Virus record (IMG/VR): IMGVR_UViG_3300034175_000022
Length of the DNA stretch: 64,000 nucleotides
Direction: 5' to 3' (one strand)
Origin: a virus
Made by a program: the position numbers and the translations under genes. Of this stretch, positions 58,299 through 64,000 are shown one piece after another. Under the pieces are notes generated by a model. It was not told the origin of the DNA. It did not search any database and saw only the letters and a program-made list of their open reading frames with translations. Every line of letters begins with the position of its first letter. Positions within the stretch are counted from its first letter, which is position 1.

Positions 58299-59453
58299 TC
58301 AGGGCAGGACCGTCATGGTCGACGTGTACTGCATGTAGGGGAAGACGGGGAAGGCCTTGATGCCCGAGCCGCGGACGTGCAGCCACGGGTCCACCTTCTC
58401 CTGCTCCCACTCGTAGTACCCCGACTGCCAGTTGCCCTCGGGGTGCGGCGAGGTCAGCGTCTTGGCGAAGCCGATCTGGGTGTCGTCGATCTCGCCCAGG
58501 TCGCCGTCACCCGGCATGAAGATGACCTTGTTCTCCGAGGTGAACCGGGTGTTGGTCGAGGTCGTCGAGCCGACCGGACGGGTCCGCAGGACCGCGTCGT
58601 AGATCGTGAAGGTCACGCCGGTCGCCGCACTCAGGACGGCGAGCGCACCCGAGGGGGTGTAGCCGCTGAGGCCCAGGTAGTTCGGGTCGAGCGGGACGTT
58701 CAGGCTGCCGCCGACGACGGGCATTCCGAGGGCCGAGAGGAAGCGGTTGGACTTCCACAGGTTGTTGACGATCTTCGTCGACAGAAAGGCCTTCTTGAAG
58801 GTGAAGCCGTAGCGGTCATACATCGTCTGGTTCATCGCCAGCACGTCACCCACGGGGTCGCAGGTCGTGCTGTTCCAGAGCCCGCCAGCCGGGGCCATGT
58901 TCGACTGATCGCCAGGACGCCCGTAGTCGACGGTCCACTTGATCTTGCCGTCGTTGTAGCTGATCACGCTGGTCTCGAGACCGGTCATGATCAGCTGCTC
59001 GATCCGGTTGTCCAGCCGACGGCGACGCGAGGCGTCGTCGCGAGCCATGCGGGCCTCGAAGTCGGCCGTCGTGCGACCCGTGAAGACGAGCGGCGTGGCA
59101 CCCGCCTGCACCTGGCCGCGAACGGCCTTGGCGACGAACTGGTCCTCGCGGTACCGGCTCACGTCGGAGGCGGTGTACTTGTCCTTGAGTGCCCAGTCGA
59201 TCACGGAAGCGCGGCCCTGCCCGAAGGCCAGGCTGTCCTTCTGTGCCAGCTCGGCCTCGGCGTCCTCGGCGCGTGCCGGGGCCAGACCCTCCTGGTACTG
59301 GTTCTTGATGTAGTCGAAGATCACGTCGTCCGTGTCCACGTCGAGGAAGGGGGCCACCTGGGCCAGGCCCACGAAGTTGTTGGGCACCTCCTTCTCGCGG
59401 ATGGTCCCGAGCGAGACCTCCTTGCGGATCAGTCGATCCAGGCTGTCAGCCAT
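58299..59453 (-). CDS. Major capsid protein (lambda gpE-like family)
   Basis: ATG 59453 (MADSLDRL...). About 384 aa. Follows a decoration protein and a protease, as in lambda. Confidence 0.85.
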   Translation of the reverse strand: MADSLDRLIRKEVSLGTIREKEVPNNFVGLAQVAPFLDVDTDDVIFDYIKNQYQEGLAPARAEDAEAELAQKDSLAFGQGRASVIDWALKDKYTASDVSRYREDQFVAKAVRGQVQAGATPLVFTGRTTADFEARMARDDASRRRRLDNRIEQLIMTGLETSVISYNDGKIKWTVDYGRPGDQSNMAPAGGLWNSTTCDPVGDVLAMNQTMYDRYGFTFKKAFLSTKIVNNLWKSNRFLSALGMPVVGGSLNVPLDPNYLGLSGYTPSGALAVLSAATGVTFTIYDAVLRTRPVGSTTSTNTRFTSENKVIFMPGDGDLGEIDDTQIGFAKTLTSPHPEGNWQSGYYEWEQEKVDPWLHVRGSGIKAFPVFPYMQYTSTMTVLP

Positions 59454-59470
59454 GATGTAGTTCGCCCTTC

Positions 59471-59920
59471 TCAGCTGAAGTTGACGTGGAGGCGCTTGCC
59501 GCCGCGCATGGCGTCGGCAGTCGCGTCGGTGAGGGTGATCTCGAGACCACCCGCGTTGAGCTCCTTGCACCACGCCTGGACGGCGGTGGCCTGCACGACA
59601 GCCGAGACCTCGGTGTCGTGCTCGAGGAGCGTCCAGGGAAGGAAGGTCAGGCACAGGCCGACGATGTTCGCGAGGGTCTGCCGCCCGTCGGTCACACCAG
59701 CCTGGAAGGGGCCGACCTTGCCAGCCTCGGCGCCCGAGGTGATCTTGGCCAGGACGGTGCCCGGCTGGACGATCTTCTGCGCGAAGCCGTCGATGGTCCG
59801 CGCCGGGACCGAGGCCGCGGAGATGGTGTAGGACTCGGTCTTGACATCCTGCGTGGAACGCAGGAACTCGTTGCGACCGAAGGGGGTGACGGTGCTCCCA
59901 CCCTTGGTAAAGGAAGGCAT
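59471..59920 (-). CDS. Head decoration protein (gpD-like position)
   Basis: ATG 59920 (MPSFTKGG...). The upstream part of ORF ..60334 is an Arg/Ser-rich off-frame artefact. Confidence 0.65.
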   Translation of the reverse strand: MPSFTKGGSTVTPFGRNEFLRSTQDVKTESYTISAASVPARTIDGFAQKIVQPGTVLAKITSGAEAGKVGPFQAGVTDGRQTLANIVGLCLTFLPWTLLEHDTEVSAVVQATAVQAWCKELNAGGLEITLTDATADAMRGGKRLHVNFS

Positions 59921-59936
59921 GTGAAGACCTGCTCTC

Positions 59937-61322
59937 TCAGAGAACGAAGTTGGGGTTTGCGGCGATGAGCGACTTGTAGCTCGTCGTGTTCTTGATCTTG
60001 TCGACGGGCATCCCGCCCATCTTGTGACGCTTGACGATGTCGGTCCAGGTCTCGATCTGCTCCGCCTGGGCGTCGACCTCGGCGCGAACCTGGACCGGCT
60101 CGTTCGTGCTGCCGTGCTGGGCGAACATCGGCTGAGCCGGGACGAGGTCGTACGTCGCCTTCCAGGCGAGGTACTGCTCGGGGCTGAGCTCGTTCGAGAA
60201 CTGGGTGATGCCCTCGATCTGCGAGGCCATGATCTTGCCGGACTCGGAGAGGCTGTCGATGAAGGCCTTGCGGTTGGCCTCCTGCGTCTCCCGCTGGAAG
60301 CCCTCCAGCGCCATGATGTGCTTGTTGATCGCACTCATGTCGCTGACCGGGACGCCGTTGATGAGCACGCGGTCGGTCGGAGGAGTCACGACGACCGGCT
60401 GACCAGTGGCGGGAGTGACCTCGACGGAAGCGGGAGCCTGCTCCGTGCCCTCGTCCTCCTTCTCCTCCTCGTCGGGAGTGGGGGGATCGGTGACGGGAGC
60501 CGGGGAAGTGACCTCCGTGACCTTCGGCTCGTCCTCGGCGGTGTTCTGGAATCCCACTGCGATCTCCTTGGCTCGGTTCTTCAGCACGGTGGCCCGCACT
60601 GCGCTGGGCGGCGGGGCCTCGCCCCGATTGCTGTAGTGGAAGCCCGCCATGTCCCACAGGTTGAGACGGTTCTGAGCTTCCTCGTCGTCCACGTCTGTGA
60701 CGACATCGGCAAGGCCAGAAGCCTTCGCCTCCTTGCCGTTGTACCAGGTCTCGGCGCGCATGAGGCCACGCCACTCGTCCTGAGTACCACCGGCGCGCTG
60801 CGAGTAGATGTCAGCGATGTTGTCGCTGAGCGAGCCGAGAACCTCGGCCTGCTTGAGCATGTCCGCCTCGTTGCCGAAGACGATGCCCATGCCGTCATGG
60901 ATCATCATCTGGGCGTTGCGAGCGATGATGATCTCGTCCCCAGCCATTGCGATAAAGCTCGCAGCCGAGGCGGCGATCCCGTCGATGTGTACCGTGACCT
61001 TCGCCTTGTGGCTGCGGATCGAGTTGTAGATCGCGAGACCGTCGAAGATCTCTCCGCCGGGGGAGTTGATGTGAAGGTCGAACGAGTCGGCGTCGATGTC
61101 GTTGATCTCGGAGACGAAGTCGGAGGCCGTGGTTCCCCAGAAGCCGATCTCGTCGTAGATGTAAACCGAGGTCTTCGCCGGGGTCTTCTCGTCGGCCTTC
61201 TTGTTCTCGATACGGAACCAGTTACCGCTCTTCGGCGGCTCCTTGCGCATCGTGAGAGCAGAGCGCATCATCGACAGACCAGCGCGCTGGTGTGCCGTGT
61301 TGACGAGCTGGTTCTTGTTCAT
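59937..61322 (-). CDS. ClpP/S14-like head maturation protease fused to a scaffold-like C-terminal half
   Basis: INSPGGEIFDGLAIYN...IDGIAASAASFIAMAG...MIHDG protease motifs. Confidence 0.85.
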   Translation of the reverse strand: MNKNQLVNTAHQRAGLSMMRSALTMRKEPPKSGNWFRIENKKADEKTPAKTSVYIYDEIGFWGTTASDFVSEINDIDADSFDLHINSPGGEIFDGLAIYNSIRSHKAKVTVHIDGIAASAASFIAMAGDEIIIARNAQMMIHDGMGIVFGNEADMLKQAEVLGSLSDNIADIYSQRAGGTQDEWRGLMRAETWYNGKEAKASGLADVVTDVDDEEAQNRLNLWDMAGFHYSNRGEAPPPSAVRATVLKNRAKEIAVGFQNTAEDEPKVTEVTSPAPVTDPPTPDEEEKEDEGTEQAPASVEVTPATGQPVVVTPPTDRVLINGVPVSDMSAINKHIMALEGFQRETQEANRKAFIDSLSESGKIMASQIEGITQFSNELSPEQYLAWKATYDLVPAQPMFAQHGSTNEPVQVRAEVDAQAEQIETWTDIVKRHKMGGMPVDKIKNTTSYKSLIAANPNFVL

Positions 61323-61642
61323 GTTGGGGACACCTTATCCGTAGTCGGTTCCGGTACGCAAGCATGGTCGGCGGTCGTGATGGCTCCGACCTCCGAGGGC
61401 GCACTTGCTTCTGTCAACTCAGCTGTCTTCGGCTGTCGCATGATGACCGTGTGCCATCTGAGGCACTCGCGGCAGTGCAACTTCACAGTGCCGCCCTTGA
61501 TGACTGCCTCGCCGTAGATGCGAGACTGCTTGTAGACTCGGATGTGAACGAAGAGCTCGCCCTTGTCGATCCCGTAGGTCGCAAGGAGAGGCTTGCGGCC
61601 ACAGAAGCACCGAAGCTCTTGCCCCTTCGTGCTACCGGACAT
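61319..61642 (-). CDS. Zn-ribbon protein (Mu Com-like arrangement CxC...CxxC)
   Basis: CFCGRK...HCRECLRWH. Lies between the portal and protease genes. Confidence 0.55.
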   Translation of the reverse strand: MSGSTKGQELRCFCGRKPLLATYGIDKGELFVHIRVYKQSRIYGEAVIKGGTVKLHCRECLRWHTVIMRQPKTAELTEASAPSEVGAITTADHACVPEPTTDKVSPT

Positions 61643-63356
61643 TCGAGATCATCTCGAGCTCACGATCCATCACGTTCTCGAAGATGACCATGAACTCGTC
61701 CACGGAGAGGCTCGAGTCGATCACCATCGGCAGCGTGTCCTCGAGCCATGCGTCCATTCTGGCGTACATCATGGTCGTGAGGTTCTTGGCTCCACGGAAG
61801 CCGTCAGCGTTGAGTGACTTCTCGAAACTCCGCATGTAGCCCATGTTGACCTTGAGGTCGATGGGCTTTGCGTTGCGCTTGAAGGCCGCATCGAGCTGAG
61901 CGCGCACGCGATCCCCGATTGCTTTCACTGTCGCCGTCGTGGCACCCATGCGGGCCGAAGGATCGGGCGTGACCGGGGCGTCGTCGCCCGTATCGGTGTC
62001 GTCCCCGTCACCCGTCCCGCTCCCGTCGTCGGGCGCAGCGGGCGAGGCAGCCTTGGGCGTGGCCTTGGTGATCGTGATGCCCGAAAGCTTCCCGAGCTCG
62101 ATCGGGTCGATGTTCGCAGTGCCGTTGGAGACGCTGGCCTGAATCAGTGCGCTCAGCATCTCGGTGTTCGTGTTGCCGAGCTTGCGGAACTTGATCTTGG
62201 CGTCAGGCGCCTTCTCGGAGAACTGGTAGTTGACCATCTTCCGGAGGATGTACTTGTCGAGGTACATCGCCCGGTCGTCGTTCATCGCGTTCAGCATCCA
62301 GAGGTACATCTGCATGTGACCGACGCCGAGGTTGTACGAGCCAACGTCGGCGGTGCGAAGGAGGAGGATGGGCGTGAAGAGGCCGATCGAGATCTCTTCG
62401 TCCAGCCGAGTAAGGTAGGCACCGAAGTCCGTGCCGCGCATCTGCGACTCGAGGTACTCGATGTCGTAGTCGAAGCTGGACTGGCCGTTCGCGTTCTCGC
62501 TGCGCTGGCTCGGGAGCGTCACGACCGAACGGCTCCGAAGACTCTGAAGAACGCCCAGCATGTAGTCGCGTCCGTTGACGCTCTCCGTCTCCGAGATCTC
62601 GATCGGCTCGTCGAAGGGTGCTCGACCGATGGGAGTGGGCTCACCGAAGCGCTCGTAGTAGCGGTTGGCGAAAAGGTGGATGAGTAGCGAGAAGAACCAG
62701 CTCGTGAACGCCGGGCGAAGCAGCTTGCGCCCCTGGTAGTCACCGTTCTCCATGAGGAGCGGGTACCAAAAGCTGTTCTCGACAGGGATGTTGTACGGCT
62801 GTCCGTACTGCTTGATGCCGTCGTAGATCTTGTACTTGGGGGGTGTCCTGTCGGGCGGTGCCCACCCGTCCACGAGCTTCCAGACGACCTCACACTCCTC
62901 GGGAATGAGGTCCTTCACCTTGTCAAGGACGACTGCACGGTTGTCCGTGTCGTTCTCCCAGTTGAGCGCGGCAGGCGAGTACCCAGCCCAGTTCGCCGTG
63001 CTCATCATCCGGTTGAGCATCGTCCAGTTGCTCTGAATCTGCTCGGTGCAGAAGTCAGCGATCTTCTTGTCCTTGCACTCGATCGTCCAGTCGCTCTGGT
63101 GCTGCATGAACGAGAGCACAGCGAGAGAGGCGTTGACCTGGTAGTGGTCACGCATGGCTCGGAAGTCAGCGACGGTCAGCCTGCTGAGATCGAACTGGAC
63201 GACGCCCCCGCCGGGGAGTGTCATGAACTCGGTGTCTCGTCCGGCCCACGCACCGAAGGCTTCGCCGAACTTCGGCGGGGGTGCCTTCTTGTTGACGATG
63301 GAGCGGACGGACTGAGAACTGATCGGATTGCCCTTGTGATCCAGCAGACCTGGCAC
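61632..63356 (-). CDS. Portal protein
   Basis: 574 aa. Sits between the terminase and protease genes. GTG start. Confidence 0.85.
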   Translation of the reverse strand: MPGLLDHKGNPISSQSVRSIVNKKAPPPKFGEAFGAWAGRDTEFMTLPGGGVVQFDLSRLTVADFRAMRDHYQVNASLAVLSFMQHQSDWTIECKDKKIADFCTEQIQSNWTMLNRMMSTANWAGYSPAALNWENDTDNRAVVLDKVKDLIPEECEVVWKLVDGWAPPDRTPPKYKIYDGIKQYGQPYNIPVENSFWYPLLMENGDYQGRKLLRPAFTSWFFSLLIHLFANRYYERFGEPTPIGRAPFDEPIEISETESVNGRDYMLGVLQSLRSRSVVTLPSQRSENANGQSSFDYDIEYLESQMRGTDFGAYLTRLDEEISIGLFTPILLLRTADVGSYNLGVGHMQMYLWMLNAMNDDRAMYLDKYILRKMVNYQFSEKAPDAKIKFRKLGNTNTEMLSALIQASVSNGTANIDPIELGKLSGITITKATPKAASPAAPDDGSGTGDGDDTDTGDDAPVTPDPSARMGATTATVKAIGDRVRAQLDAAFKRNAKPIDLKVNMGYMRSFEKSLNADGFRGAKNLTTMMYARMDAWLEDTLPMVIDSSLSVDEFMVIFENVMDRELEMISNVR

Positions 63357-63369
63357 AACTCACCTGTTT

Positions 63370-64000
63370 CTATCGCGGAAGAAGATGGCTCGGAATCGAC
63401 AGTCCACTCATTCCGCCGACACTCGGAGGGATCGGAGCCTGTGCGGCGCCTCTGCCTCTGCCGGGAATCTGGAGTACGTTTCCGTTCCACTCGTCCGTGC
63501 CTGTTGTTGCCTGTTGTCCTTCGCTTTCAGATGTACTCGCGATAGATGCTACACCCCGGCGGTAACTCCTGTCACCCATGAGCGTAGAGACCACCCCGGC
63601 CATCGCATCGGCAAGATCCTTCGAGCCTTTCTCGGGGTGATCCACCTTCTTTCCAGTGAACTGAAGCTCCTGCAGCTCCTGGATTGCGACCTCCACCAGC
63701 TTCACGTCACCGGTCTTGAGGTAGGTCTTGTAGGGCGGGAACTCGAGTCGCTCCTCGTAGATCGCCTCCCGCAAGTCCTCGTAGGGCAGCGTGTTCTTGT
63801 CGACAGAAAGGTACTCGACGTGGTATCGCTTCTTGCGAAGCTGCTGCATCGTGTCCGTGCTCTGGAAGCCGTCCATCGAGACCGACACCACGCGGAACTT
63901 GCGATCTTCTTTGAGGTCGTAGATCACGCGGCGAACGTCCGAGAGCATGATCTCTGTGCCGGGCATCGCCTTGATGCGGATCAAGCAGTCGATGATGATG
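63370..64000 (-). CDS. Terminase large subunit, C-terminal (nuclease) part; gene continues beyond the window
   Basis: The frame is open to position 64000. Sits upstream of the portal gene. Typical C-terminal segment ...VDHP.KGSKDLADA.AG. Confidence 0.8.
   Translation of the reverse strand, partial: IIIDCLIRIKAMPGTEIMLSDVRRVIYDLKEDRKFRVVSVSMDGFQSTDTMQQLRKKRYHVEYLSVDKNTLPYEDLREAIYEERLEFPPYKTYLKTGDVKLVEVAIQELQELQFTGKKVDHPEKGSKDLADAMAGVVSTLMGDRSYRRGVASIASTSESEGQQATTGTDEWNGNVLQIPGRGRGAAQAPIPPSVGGMSGLSIPSHLLPR

Noticed and set aside
790-61517. Long antisense or off-frame ORFs (e.g. 790-1473 -, 6812-7846 -, 20038-21195 -, 41223-43106 +, 51522-53579 +, 54930-55991 +, 58257-59831 +, 60024-61517 +)
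   Set aside because: These are typical high-GC shadow ORFs. Their translations are Arg/Gly/Ala/Pro/His-rich. They fully overlap genes with recognisable domains or better GC3, and they lack SD sequences.

Overview
This window is most of a high-GC tailed dsDNA actinobacteriophage genome, or a prophage (a WhiB-family domain is present; no mycolate esterase lysin was seen). It has two convergent arms that meet at a hairpin near 33.52-33.55 kb. Arm 1 (1-33.5 kb, + strand) holds about 65 mostly small, translationally coupled early and DNA-metabolism genes. The recognisable ones are: a CobS-like AAA+ ATPase paired with a CobT-like VWA protein, a T4 endoV-like protein, a XerC/D-like tyrosine recombinase inside a lower-GC island, an SSB-tailed protein, an SNF2 helicase, an excisionase-type HTH, an oligoribonuclease, a beta sliding clamp, a DUF4406 protein, RusA, a DNA methyltransferase, a WhiB domain, a Cas4/RecB-type nuclease, ThyX and a DUF3310 protein. 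No DNA polymerase or primase was recognised in this arm. Arm 2 (33.6-64 kb, - strand) reads, in transcription order: terminase large subunit (truncated by the window edge), portal, Zn-ribbon protein, ClpP-like protease/scaffold, decoration protein, lambda gpE-like major capsid, connector proteins, major tail protein, G/T chaperones with a -1 frameshift, a 2324-aa tape measure, six minor tail/fibre proteins (one a BNR-propeller plus glycoside-hydrolase fusion), then a lysis cassette with its own promoter and four membrane-protein genes. Intergenic regions carry a recognisable promoter family, strong GC hairpins and operator-like palindromes. Main items for follow-up: the unusual CobS/CobT-like pair; two places where coding potential moves to the -1 frame at TTC-TAG with no start codon (one feeds the WhiB domain); the recombinase island; a 16-bp palindrome triplet in the left non-coding region; promoter-proximal hairpins and ORF-free structured regions; and a phage oligoribonuclease. 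All functional calls rest on motif recognition by eye, with no database search.
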